The notes: generated from the letters alone by a model not told the origin. DNA of 64,000 bases from the human T2T-CHM13v2.0 reference genome, Homo sapiens (GCF_009914755.1 NC_060926.1), one strand, 5' to 3'; shown: positions 12,745-27,016, numbered from the stretch's first letter. Translations and numbers: made by a program.

Positions 12745-14102
12745 TCCAGTAAGAAGCAGAGGCCTTTAGCAAGGATGCCAAGACAATTCCGTGGAGAAAG
12801 GATATTTTTCTCAATAATCAGCAGTGGGACAAGTGGAGATCCACAAGCAAAAGAATGAAGCTGGACCCCTACATCACATCATATATAAAAATATACTCGA
12901 AATGGATCAAAGACCATTGTGAGAACTAAAACTATACAAGTTCTTAGAAGAAAACACAGGCATTAATCTTCTTGACCTTGGATTAGGCAATGGTTTTCTA
13001 GATATGGCACCAAAAGCACAAGTGACAATAGAAAAAAAATACGTATCTTGGAAATCATCAAAGTTAAAAAGTTTTGTGTCTCAAAGGACACCAACAAGAA
13101 ACTGAAAACAATCCACAGAAGGGGAGAACATTTTTACCAGTCATATACCTGATAAAAGACTGGCGTCTAGAATATACAAATAGCTCACCCAACTCAATAA
13201 TAAAAAGAAGGCTCATCCCTGGTAGTCTAGTGGTTAGGAAAACAGAAAACTTAAAAAAAAAAGACAACTCAATTAAAAATAGGCAAAGGACCTGGATAGA
13301 CCTTTCTCCAAAGAAATACGCATGGCCCGTAAGCACAGGAAAAGACACTCAGCATCAGTTGCCATCAGGGGAATGCAAATCAAAACCACAAGATAGCATT
13401 TCATACTCATTAGGATGCTAAAAGCAAAAAGACAGATAATAGCAAGTGTTGATGAGGATGTAGACAAATTGAAACCTGGATACATTGCTGGTGGGAATGT
13501 AAAATGGTACAGCTGCTATAGAAAACAGTCTGGCAGTTTCTCAAAAAGTTAAAACACGGAGTTACTGTAAGACCTAGCAATTCCACTCCTATGTATATTG
13601 CTAAAAGAAATGAAAACATATGTCCACACAAAATCTTGTAGAAATATGTTCATAGCAGCATCATTCAGAGTAGCCAAAAAGTAAAAACACACAAATGTCC
13701 ATCAACTGATGAATCAATAAACAAATGTGGTCTATCTATACAATGAAGTATTATTCAGCAATACAAAAGAATGAAGTACTGATACATCCTCAACTTGGAC
13801 GGCCCTAGAAAACATTCAGTGGAAGAAGCCAGTCACAAAAGAGATATCACATGATTCCAGATATATGAAATGTCCAGAGTAGGTTAATCTTACATAGAAA
13901 GTAGATTCATGGCTGCCTTGGACTGCAGGAGTTAGGAAAGCAGGAGTGACAGACCAAGGGTACGGGGTTTTACTGGGGGTGATGAAAATGTACCAACGTT
14001 GACTGTAATTCTGTGAATTGATGGTGGTTCTGTGAATACAATTGGACACTAGCAATGGGTAAACTGAATGGCATGTGAATGACATCTCAATAAAGCTGTT
14101 AG
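12745..14102 (+). mobile_element. L1M (L1MB-like) ORF2 end and 3' UTR, antisense within the TFCP2L1 3' UTR
   Basis: aaaagaatgaagctggaccc, gaccttggattaggcaatggt, gaatgcaaatcaaaaccaca, terminal ctcaataaagctgtt. Confidence 0.9.
13216..13262 (+). pseudogene. Retroposed 5' fragment (nt 1-24) of tRNA-Glu(CTC) with A-rich tail
   Basis: tccctggtagtctagtggttagga is a 23/24 match to the tRNA-Glu-CTC 5' end; A-rich tail; imperfect TSD aaaaagaaggctca / aaaaagacaactca; interrupts an L1. Confidence 0.85.
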
Positions 14103-15632
14103 TTAACCCACTCCCCGCTTCTCTCTAAAGAAGGAAGAGGAATCAGGAGCCTGTCCTCACTCTGTTCTGTAGGAATGCCATGGCTATTACCCAACATAAT
14201 GACTAACAGAGCCCCTTTTATTCCGAGATGTCCTGGTTTATATGATAAATTTATATCGCTACCCTATCACTATGTGCTACCATGCAGGTGACTTTGCCCC
14301 TCTGAGCCTTGGTTTCCTCATCTATAAAACAAGTTCTCCCCATTGTAGACCCTGTTTTATTCTGGTAGTCCTTCAGTCTAGCACTTCATTCCACAGAAGC
14401 TCCATTTAGAAGCTATGACATCCCATTCAGGTGGTCAGAGGGTTCCCCATGAACCTAAATTAACCAAGAGCTGAAGCCCTGGGCCAGTAGAGATCACTGG
14501 ATCCCAGGAACCAGAGGCAAGACAAAGACGAATTTCTGAGTCTACCACAGTTACTGACACTCAAATTTCCCGATAGTTAGGCCATTAAGAAAGATGATGC
14601 ACCCATTCTGATGCAGGCAAAATATCCTAAACATAGCCTCTACAAACAAAGATAAACATGTAAGTGAGGGGCACTCAGAGAAAACACATCGCTCCTGTGG
14701 CAAGTTTAGCAGCGGTTCAACAAGGTCTTCTCTAACTTTCTATAAGTCCATCCAAGAGGGCCTGGTATTGTGGTGGTCAAGGTCATCTGATGACACCTAG
14801 GAATGGAATACTCATTCCTAATCCTCCTTACCCGTGATTGCCAGGAAATAAAATAGTCTTTTTCTATTACCATCCCCCTAACCTCCCCACAAAGGGCCTC
14901 AGAACTAATGTCTCTGAGAAAGGCCATGCACATACATTGTGGCATCTACCATGCCAATGCGCCAGTGCAGAGACAGGAGCACATCTTTGGGTTCCGCAGC
15001 AGCAGATCCTTAGAAACAACGTAGAGAAGAAAGAGGTAGAAGGCACAGAATAGCCCCACTCCCATCAATTCATCCAAGAACAGGAAAGGCGGATGCTCAC
15101 CAGGGTCACTGAGAAGGGAAGCAAACCTGAAACAGGAGAATGAGGGCAAACTGCTCCCATCAAGTCGGCAGTGCTGGCCATGCAGCCAACTCCCAGAGGA
15201 GGAGGTAAAGGTACCAGCTTCCAGGGTGAAGCAGAGCTTTCTCTGGAGGCAGGAGAGTGGTCAGAAGGGACCAATACAGGCAGCACCAAGATACCCAATC
15301 AGCTTCCAACTAAGGGATGAGGGGTTTCAGAGCAGACGTCTCCACTGTTTGCCCTTTTAGAACGTCAGGGTTGGACCAATAGAAAAGAACAAGGAACCAT
15401 TCAAAATCTGGAGGCCAAGAGGAAGGGAGAAAGGAGCCACTGGCTTTCTGTACACCGTACTTGGTGTCCACAGGCTTCTGCTGGTTGGTGCTCTGTAGCT
15501 TTCACAGACTGGGCAGGGTCCCTCCTGGCCTCAGCTTGCCTGGTGAGGCCACAGCTTACAGTGGGGCAATGTCTACATCCACGGGGATCCACAGGGCTGG
15601 GAGCTGGAGACAGGTATGAGGTCCACTGCTGC

Positions 15633-15679
15633 TCAGAGTCCACATTTCAGGATGATGTGGTAGCCGTCATTGCTCTCAG
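15633..15679 (-). CDS. TFCP2L1: TFCP2L1 last exon, coding part: (A)ESNDGYHIILKCGL-stop
   Basis: Acceptor ttgcag|CT GAG; TGA stop at 15635-15633; CP2-family C-terminus YHIILK. Confidence 0.96.
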
Positions 15680-15992
15680 CTGCAAGAGAGAAACACTGGG
15701 TGTATTTCACAGGAAAAAAGGTGCAGTGCCACAGTATTGGGGAGTCCCAAAAGGCACGCTGTTAGGGTATCAGCAAAGACCACCAAAATAGGGCTGCATA
15801 CAGCAAAGCGTGCTGGCAGAAGCAGGGATCTCACATGCCCTGACATCTGCCTCGTTTAGTGTCTTTTTAACAATAGGTCTTTCTACCATAGCCCCAGGCC
15901 CAAGGATGAAAACCTACGTTCCAAGGAGGATTTGGACAACTGTGGTTCTCAGGGATATTATGGCCCCCAAGGCCCCAAAGACACTTGGTGGC

Positions 15993-16303
<311 letters not shown>

Positions 16304-16853
16304 CTAGATCCACGGGACAAGGTGGGAAGTGGCCTCATCATGGTCCAGGGTCTATGAGTCGGTCAGAGGGCTTTTGTTCTGACATATCCTATACATGCAC
16401 CCCAACCCTTAGGAAGGCCACAGCAGATCTTTCTCTACCTTTTATGAATAAATACATGTTCTTGGCCCACAGGCTCTTCCTCGGCAGAGCACAGGCACAC
16501 TGTCAGGTGGGCCCCCTCATCCCCCATCCCGACCCACGCTGCCTGCAGACTCAGTGGCTGTATTCCAGGCTTGATCTTCCCGGAGGACCCCAGGAAACCC
16601 ACAATGCTTCTACTCAACACTGAGTTCATAGAAAACAAGTTGCCTGGCCCAGGATTTCCCTTTCAGAAGTGACCCTGGGGGCCAATCTCACTAGTTCTGC
16701 CATTTCTAGGGCTAGCTTTCACGGAGAGTTTGTGCTTTCTTTTTCTCAAAGGCTTTTCCCAGGTCAGCACTCTCTGGAAGGGCCCATCCTGCAGGCAGGC
16801 CCCACCCTCTCACCTGCCCCCACAACTACCCTAGGGGGAGGGGGAGGCTTCAC

Positions 16854-16905
16854 CTTTAATTGTGCTGAGGACAAAACAGGATTCATCTTGGAAGTTCTGC
16901 ACCAT
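16854..16905 (-). CDS. TFCP2L1: TFCP2L1 exon 14 (52 nt): MVQNFQDESCFVLSTIK(A)
   Basis: Acceptor ctcag|ATG, donor AAG|gtgaag; frame continuous with exons 13 and 15. Confidence 0.95.
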
Positions 16906-16996
16906 CTGAGAGACAAAAGAGAGAACATGTTCCTTCAACCACGAGTTCATCATTTGGAAAGCCTCGGTGGCAGAGCCTAGCCATGCGCAGCTGCAG

Positions 16997-17482
16997 AAAC
17001 ACCACTGCCAAGCCACTGCCACGGTGCCCACACACACAGGAACGCGGTAAACACCACTGCCACGGTGCCCACACACACGGGAACACGGTAAACACCACTG
17101 CCACGGTGCCCACACACACGGGAACACGGTAAACACCACTGCCACGGTGCCCACACACAAGGGAACACGGTAAACACCACTGCCACGGTGTCCACACACA
17201 CGGGAACGTGGTAAACACCACTGCCACGGTGTCTACACACACGGGAACACGGTAAACACCACTGCCACGGTGCCCACACACACGGGAACACGGTAAACAC
17301 CACTGCCACGGTGTCCACACACACGGGAACGTGGTAAACACCACTGCCACGGTGTCTACACACACGGGAACACGGTAAACACCACTGCCACGGTGTCTAC
17401 ACACACGGGAACACGGTAAACACCACTGCCACGGTGTCTACACACACGGGAATGCGGTAAACACCACTGCCACAGTGTCTAC
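16997..17482. repeat. 41-bp VNTR, ~11.5 copies, in intron 13
   Basis: Unit aaacaccactgccacggtgyyyacacacacgggaacacggt starts at 17049, 17090, 17131 ... 17459 (period 41). Confidence 0.97.
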
Positions 17483-18691
17483 GAATGCAGCAGGAACATG
17501 GTTCTGCTACAACATTCACTGAAAAATAAGGACACAGAATCAAGGTGTGACATGATTGCAATTTAAGTAACAGAAACCTGAACATAACCCCAACCATCTA
17601 GTATGAATATGAAGGATGGAAAGAGGCCCAAACGGGAATCAAGATGTTACCATTTAATACTGGACCACTGATTTATGTTTGTTTGCACTATTTTTGCTTT
17701 TTCCTAGTTACTGATTCTTCCAGTCTCTATAACGGACGCATTACAGGAATGTGTATGTGACTAATGGCAACAGAGAAAAACAACTAAATAAAATGTTTTT
17801 AAAAATAGAAACCTTGGTACTTAGTAGGATCTGCACATCAGCGTCCTACAAAGACAAAATATAAAGGAGGGTTCCACTACCTGTGTCTATAAATGTGGCA
17901 GGAAACTAACAACTCTGCTCAGGAGCCTCCTCTCTGGAGTTCTAATTTCGATGAACTACCCAGTGACCTTGGACAAGCCAACCTTTTTAACTTCCTGTCT
18001 CCATGGCCCTATCTGTAAAACAGGGCTGATTTAATGATAAAAATATAACCAGAATGTAGAGCAACAGGAACTGGTGTCCACTACTGATGGGGATGTAAAT
18101 CTTCCTAACACTGTTCATGGGACCCAGTAAGAATGACCATGCATTTCCAACAAGGAAATTTTCCTACATTCTCCTACAAGTCATGAACCCTGGACAAAGT
18201 TCTACATCACAAAGACGGGCATGAGGCTGGTTAGCGCAGCACCGTCTGCAGTAACACCAAACTCCTACCAGCCCCGTCAGTCAACAGCAGAAGCATGAAC
18301 CAGATGTGATGGAATCATGCTCCTCGGCAGTGCCAATGAGCGCCAGCTGTATACTTCAACATGCATGACCTTCCAAACAAAATGTGAAATGAAAGAAATC
18401 ACAGAAGAATACACTATGATTTCACTCATGGAAAGTTTTTAAATAGCAAAATTAAACAATATATTGAGGAGGAACAAGGGAATGTTTAATAGAAAATTCA
18501 TACTAGCCAGTTGGCTGTTATGAAATCAGTCCACAAAGGGGCTTCTAATGTAACATTCTGGTAACCTGAGTGCAGGTACATGGGTACTTCAATGGTTCTT
18601 TAACTGTATAAGTAAGTTTTACAAATTTTTTCCATATTTATACTGCATTTCACAATTTACATTTAAAGAATATTTTTAAAATATATAAACA

Positions 18692-18995
18692 GGCCGGGCG
18701 CGGTGGCTCACGCCTGTAATCCCAGGACTGTGGGAGGCCAAGGCAGGTGGATCACCTGAGGTCAGGAGTTCCAGAACAACCTGGCCAACATGGTGAAACC
18801 CCATCTCTACTAAAAATACAAAATTAGCCGGGCACGGTGGCAGGTGCCTGTAATCCCAGCTACTCAGAAGGCTAAGGCAGGAGAATCGCTTGAATGCAGG
18901 AGGCGGAGGTTGCAGTGAGCTGAGATCACATCACTGCACTTCAGCCTGGGTGACAGAGTGAGACTCTGTCTCCAAATAAAATAAAATAAAATAAA
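18692..18995 (+). mobile_element. AluS
   Basis: Full Alu; TSD taaaatatataaaca. Confidence 0.95.
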
Positions 18996-19010
18996 ATATA
19001 TAAACATACA

Positions 19011-19012
<2 letters not shown>

Positions 19013-19050
<38 letters not shown>
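19013..19050. repeat. (CA)n microsatellite, ~19 units
   Basis: Uninterrupted ac run. Confidence 0.97.
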
Positions 19051-19053
<3 letters not shown>

Positions 19054-19774
19054 CTAACACAATAGCAAAACCCCTTTTCAAATTGAAAAAATGCCATCCA
19101 CATTTTATGGCCTGCTCTGGATTACTGCCTCGAATCTTGCAAATCCATCCACCTGTCGCCCCCGCCCCTCCCACAGGGCCTAATGATGCGTGAAGTACAT
19201 TTACTCTATTCTGCTGGCCTGCTCCATCTAGCACTCTTGGCAGCCCAGCCACTTGGGCATGCGAAGCCCTACGCAGAGCCCACATGGGCTTAATCAGTAA
19301 CTCTCTTGTTTAATGAAGTGCCCTTGCACCCCAGGGGCCGGCTCCGCGGCTGGCCAGGCTGCCTCCAGCACTCTGGGCAATTAAGAACCAAAGGTTTCCA
19401 ATAGATTCGGGGTTAAGAGGCAAGGAGACTTTGGGGAATGAGAATCGCCTACTTAGGCGAGGTGGCATTTGGGTTCTGCTCTCTGCTTCACTTGCTTCAC
19501 TGCCTACTCTTGAGCACACAGGACAAGCTGAGGAAGGAACTGCCTTCAGGGACCCGTGATATTGCAAGCGTTCCCCACATTTTTGGCTTTTGTCTTCACA
19601 AAAGGAAATTCATTTTGGAATGCAAAGTGACAAGCCTTCGGTGACACTACAGCTGTCCACTGCTCACAGCATGTCCACCTTCCTGGCTATTCTAAAGTCA
19701 GCTCTCAGGTTAGGAACCTCAGGCTTCATTTTCCTCCTCCGTAAAATAGGAGTTAAAAAAAAAAAAAATAGCTA

Positions 19775-20093
19775 GGCCGAGCACAGTGGCTCACACCTGT
19801 AATCCCAGCACCTTGAGAGGCCAAGGCAGGTGAACTGCTTGAGCCCAGGAGTTCAAGACCAGCCTGGGCAACATGGCGAAATGTTGTCTCTACAAAAAAT
19901 TAAAAAAAAAAAAATTAGCCAGGCATGGTGGAACATGCCTGTGGTCCCAGCTACTCAGAAGGCTGAGGTAGGAGGATCCCCTGAGCCCAGGAGGTCGAGG
20001 CTGCAATAAGTCTAGCTGTGACTGGGCCACTGCACTCCAGCCTGGGTTACAGAGTGAAACCGTGACTCACAAAAAAAAAAAAAAAAAAAAAAA
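19775..20093 (+). mobile_element. AluJ-like
   Basis: Full Alu with A tail. Confidence 0.93.
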
Positions 20094-20174
20094 GCTCGCT
20101 TAGATTTGAATGTAATAATATAAACGTAATTCTTAACTGGTGAACTGGTGACAAAAATAGCAAGTTGCAGATAA

Positions 20175-20512
<338 letters not shown>

Positions 20513-21405
20513 CTGCATGTTTTAAAAACCCACACCTACATACACTAGGGCACACACAGAGACAAGAGCACAAAAAATTGCCTTGCAGAATCACATCAAA
20601 CTTAACAGAAACTATTCCAGGAGAAAAGAAGGGGGAGGTAAGCTTTTTTCACATCTACCTTCTGCTGTTCTATGTTGCTTAACTTCTTATACTAATTACA
20701 AATTACTTTTTTAATGTGAAAGACAGGGAACATCCATCTTGCTGGCCTCCAGGACTGAGAGGAAGTGCTCGTGAACATTCAAGGGCTCTGGCAGTTTAAT
20801 GACAAGTGGCAAGAGGATTATTACTAGTAATGTCAACCTGTGAAATACACAAACCCTGAAAAGCCTGACATTTTTATACATCCCCAAAACTAAAAAGATC
20901 TCTCCACCACTAGCTCCCCCAAATAACAAGTGCCCTGCAGAATCACAGTCAATGACACCACCCACGACTTGTTTAGTGTCTCCTGGCACCTGCCACTGTT
21001 CTCCCACCTTATCTGTACTACAGTCTGACAGGTATATGCATCCCTGTTTTGCAGATGTGGAAACTGTGGCACAGAGAGGTTCAGTAAATTTCCCCCAAAG
21101 TCATTCAGCAACTAGGAGGTAGTTTCAGGTGGGGACACCAGTCCAATTCCAAACCCTGCATTTTCTCTACTTCTCCCAGCCACTGTTTCTGTACTCAGTA
21201 TCACCAGGTCAGGAACACTCTTGGCAGCATCACCAGCAAAGGCAAGGACCAGGGATGGGAAGAAACAAATCGGAGTCTTAATCCACAAATACTGGCCTTG
21301 TGTCCTACCACTCCTTTGCTAGTCCAGGGTCAGGTGGGGCTCTATAATCCTCTATACAGAGGCCTTCAGAATTCCCAGAAGGGCTCGGGGTCTGCTGGGG
21401 GCTGA

Positions 21406-21767
<362 letters not shown>

Positions 21768-21797
21768 CACAGCTCTATGTTTAAAGGCTTCACTTCA

Positions 21798-22362
<565 letters not shown>

Positions 22363-23122
22363 TTACTCAGCCTCTGTGCCTCAGGCCCGCATCTGTGAAA
22401 TGGGATAATAATAACACCCACATCATATAGAGGCAGACAGGATTAAATAAGTCGCTATGCATACACTTAAAACAAGTACACACTCCTGTTATTAGGTGGA
22501 AGGGGTCCAGGATAGAACAAACTTAAAAGCCTCTGTTCTACATCATGCAAGGAATGCCTAACCCTTTGGCAGGCATATTCAACACCCGCTTCTTAGCCAT
22601 GAGCGGGTCAGATCCCTGGAGACCACAGTACCTGAGCCCTCTGCCAGTAGCTGCTTGTGCTCTACACTGCCCTGTGCCACCTGGGAAGGCTGTGGCACCT
22701 TCACCACTTGGCAGAGGCCTCTGCTCTCCTCTCCCACAAGCCACAGCCTCGCCAACACCTGCCCCGGAGTCCACTTCACCTCTCCCTGGGGACTGTCGCC
22801 CACCCTGGGGGAACGCCCCTCTCCTGACCTCCACAGCCCTGACTATAAGCACCTTGGGCCAGAGTGGAGTCTGTCCTCCTGGCTCCCACCGGGCACCCAG
22901 CCCAGGAGGGGTAAGGAGTGCCTACTTGGCATGGCAGCCATTTGGACCCAGACGGGGCCTCAGCACTCTCCATCGCAGCCCCGGACAGCCACAGCTGCAG
23001 GTGGTGTGCAGATGAACCTGTCTGTCACTCCCAAACCCAAGTGTGTTTCTGGGGCAGGGGTTCTGACACTCCTCCCGTGGCCCAGAGCCCGTTGTCGGGG
23101 CAGGCCAGGCAGCAGCCCTCAC

Positions 23123-23265
23123 CTCGTTGCTCACCACCACATGGATGCCCGTGGGGCCCTGCCGGTAGACTCGGTGGATGTGCTGGGGGGAGATGCTGTA
23201 CAGGTTGGCGATCTTCTCAATCAGCTCCAAGGTGGTCAGCTCTTCCAGGAAGATGGCGTGGTACA
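23123..23265 (-). CDS. TFCP2L1: TFCP2L1 exon 13 (143 nt): (V)YHAIFLEELTTLELIEKIANLYSISPQHIHRVYRQGPTGIHVVVSNE
   Basis: Inside ORF 22922..23284; acceptor cccag|TG, donor GAG|gtgagg. Confidence 0.97.
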
Positions 23266-23402
23266 CTGGGGGAAGGAGGAGCAAGTGCTGCTTTCCAAGT
23301 GGCCATTCTGTCAGTGTGAGCCTCCCACCCGCCCTGAGAAAGCAGTAAGTCCTTTGTCAAAATGCCACACCCAGGGCGGCGGGGCAGGACCACACTGCCA
23401 CT

Positions 23403-23748
<346 letters not shown>

Positions 23749-24292
23749 TGATTCCTCTCGGTCTCTCTTGGGGTGCTTATGTGAAATGCAGAGATCCCTA
23801 GACCCATCCCCAGCCCAGTGACACCCAGATGGGCTGAAGGGAGTATCAGGCAATTCTGACATGCAGCCAGATGTGAACCCACATCAGAAGGAAGCAACAA
23901 ATTCTGTCCCTTTTCAGCTCTTTTTGCTGTTTAAAGGGTTCTTGGATAGCTGGAGGGCAATGAGTGAAAGTTAAAAGGAACTATTACTTGACAACAGAAA
24001 GGAGAAGGCCTGGTCTTTCCCCTGCCCGCAACACAAACCATACTCAGCCTCAACACAGTAACCCTAAGGAGAGAAGAGAGCACCAGGAGGGCACCATGGT
24101 GTCAGCAAGTGGGAAGAAAACAGTGACACTGACACAGAGACGGCCTGCACCAGCCAGGCAGGAGCAAATGCCACCGGCAACCCAGGGTGGGTTACTCAAC
24201 TTCAAGGGACCTCAAGTTCCTCAAAAGCAAATGCAATTGGATTAAATTCAAGATTCTTAAGCCTTTCCCTCACCTGAGAAACCCTTGGTTCA

Positions 24293-24890
<598 letters not shown>

Positions 24891-25387
24891 AATTTTGCTC
24901 CTAAAACAAACCAAGCTGCCAGCAAAAAGAATTAGCAGGATCCCAGGCTGACGCCTTTCACCATGGCCACTGGGAGTGCTCGGTGGGAGCAGGAAGGCTG
25001 ACAGCCACGCCTCTGAGGTCCTCGAGAGTCTCCTCTCATCAGGAGCTGCATCAGGAGCAGTTTGAGGAAACAAAAAGCTCCAGGGTGGGCATTCCTGCCT
25101 CCAATCCTGACTGCCACTGACTGGAAGCAAGATCTGGGACAATCCCAACACCTTCCCAAGCCTCGGGGTGTGCACTAAGGCAGCACCCACACTGCGGGGC
25201 CGCCACGAGGTCAGACCATGCACCATGCAAGGAGCATGCACTAGGCTGCCCTTTCCACGTGTGGGCATGTGGGAGCCCAGGACTGTCCTGCACATTCACT
25301 GGAAATGAACAGAGGCCAGACTGCGGGCTTGAAAGCCAGGCTGCGGGACCCAATGTGTGGGTCCCAGCTCTGCTCCCCACAACTCAC

Positions 25388-25491
25388 CAGACAGGTTGCT
25401 GTCTCCACTGCCGTCCCGCTTCTGCTGCAGGGGCACTCGATTCTGCTCCAGCTCCTGACAGACATAAATGGTCATCTTTGGCCTCACATTC
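25388..25491 (-). CDS. TFCP2L1: TFCP2L1 exon 12 (104 nt): NVRPKMTIYVCQELEQNRVPLQQKRDGSGDSNLS
   Basis: Overlaps ORF 25296..25487; acceptor ccag|G AAT, donor G|gtgagt. Confidence 0.96.
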
Positions 25492-26517
25492 CTGGCAGGA
25501 GAAGAGAAAATAAATAATAGGTGTGGTGGACCAGGCGCAGTTGTTTCAGAATATTCCAGGATGGAAACAATAGTGGGCAGAACTCAGGGAGGAAGAAAGA
25601 CAGCGGTGGTGACGTGGAGTGCCTGTCATGGGGTGGTGGATGACCCTCCCAGGTCCCGCAGCCTGCCAAGGGGCACTCTGCCCCAGACCATGAAGCTCAA
25701 CATACAAGACGTTTTCAGGCAACAATTAGAGCAAACACTGTCTGTGGCTTGCTGTGTATCAGGTATTGTTCTCAGAACATGCGTAACTCATTTCATCCTC
25801 ACAAAACTTGCAAGGGAGCTAGGACTATCGCTCTCATTCCACAGTTGAGCAAACTGAGGCTCGGAGGGCAAAGGGCTTTCCCTTCACTGCACAGCACCTA
25901 AGAGGCAGATCTGGGACTCAAACCCAGGCTCTCACTCTAAAACCATGCTGTCCATGTGTGGCTATTAAAACTTAAATTCACTAAAGTTAAATAAAAATTT
26001 CGTCCATCACATCAGCCTCGGTCCAAGTGCTCCACAGCCACATGTGGCCAGCACGGCTGCAGAACGTCTCTGCCATGGCAGGAAGGTGTGCAGGACGGCG
26101 CTGCTCTGGAGTCTCCCCTGAAACTGCTGCATGATACCATCTGACCAGCCCCAAGTCCACAGCTCCCCTCAGCGGGGGAGCAGCTCCGAGCCCAGGACCA
26201 CACAAGCATCTGAGAACATGGGCAAGTGGCTCAGAGGCCGAGATCCAGAGGCCAAGGCTCTCGTCCAACCAAGAAGAGGGAGGGGCCTCCAGGCAGGGTC
26301 TGCGGCAGCTGGCCACATCTCCCACTGCAGTGTCTCACTCCCCTGCTGTGGCCCGTGCCCCTCTTGCCACATTTCCTCCTACACTTGACCCCACACTGCA
26401 GGAGTCCTGTCCCCCCAGCCAGACCACCCACCATCCAAAAGGCTGAGGTAGGGGTTTCCCACCACATGCCACGGGACATGAGCCTCTGGCTGGCTTCACA
26501 GAGAAACCAACACCTAC

Positions 26518-26608
26518 CGGCCTTTGATGGCGTTGAAGAGCCGGATCCCATCTGCGGGACCACAGATCTGGACCAAATCATCTCGGGACATCTTCAGCAA
26601 GTCAGCAC
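26518..26608 (-). CDS. TFCP2L1: TFCP2L1 exon 11 (91 nt), SAM-like domain: [29 protein letters not shown](R)
   Basis: Manual minus-strand translation; acceptor cctag|GT, donor CG|gtaggt. Confidence 0.96.
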
Positions 26609-26865
26609 CTAGGCAGGAAAAAAACGGGGATGCCTGTTACATGGAACCCAGAGAAAGGGCTCGGTCCCCAACCAGCTGCAGACCCCATAGCACTGGGGGT
26701 GGGGGGTGGGGAAGAGCCAGCTGCACTATCTCACAGAGAGAAAATGGCAAAATGCTCAACAACATCAAAAGATTGCAGCCCAGGAAGTGCCAGTGCTCAC
26801 AACAGTGAGTACAACAGAAGCCAATAGGTCCCCACTGCCTCATTGCCTGCCCTGCTTGCTTTCTT

Positions 26866-27016
26866 TCTTTCTTTTTTTTTTTTTTTTTTTTTTTAAGAGA
26901 CAAGGTCTCAATATATTGCCTAGCCTGGCTGGTCTTGAACTCCTGGGCTCAAGCAATCCACCTACCTCAGCCTCTCAAAGTACTGGGATTACAGACATGA
27001 GTCACTGCATCTGGCC
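26866..27016 (-). mobile_element. Alu monomer (FLAM-like)
   Basis: T-rich tail followed by a reverse left arm. Confidence 0.88.

Larger units (their letters stand above)
7880..15632 (-). other. TFCP2L1: TFCP2L1 3' UTR (~7.75 kb; 3' end approximate)
   Basis: Runs from the stop codon to an AATAAA with a GU/U-rich downstream element; consistent with my recollection of a ~9 kb mRNA. Confidence 0.8.

Noticed and set aside
13216-13239. Functional tRNA gene or retroviral primer-binding site
   Set aside because: Only nt 1-24 are present (no anticodon arm, T arm or B box). A PBS matches a tRNA 3' end and follows an LTR; neither holds here.
13064-14085. ORFs over the L1 in the 3' UTR
   Set aside because: Decayed L1 ORF2/3' UTR with stops and frameshifts; not an active element.
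16997-17482. CRISPR-like regular array, and repetitive Cys/Val-rich ORFs (16831..17404, minus strand)
   Set aside because: Units are contiguous with no unique spacers and no cas genes. The ORFs stay open only because the 41-bp unit has no minus-strand stop.
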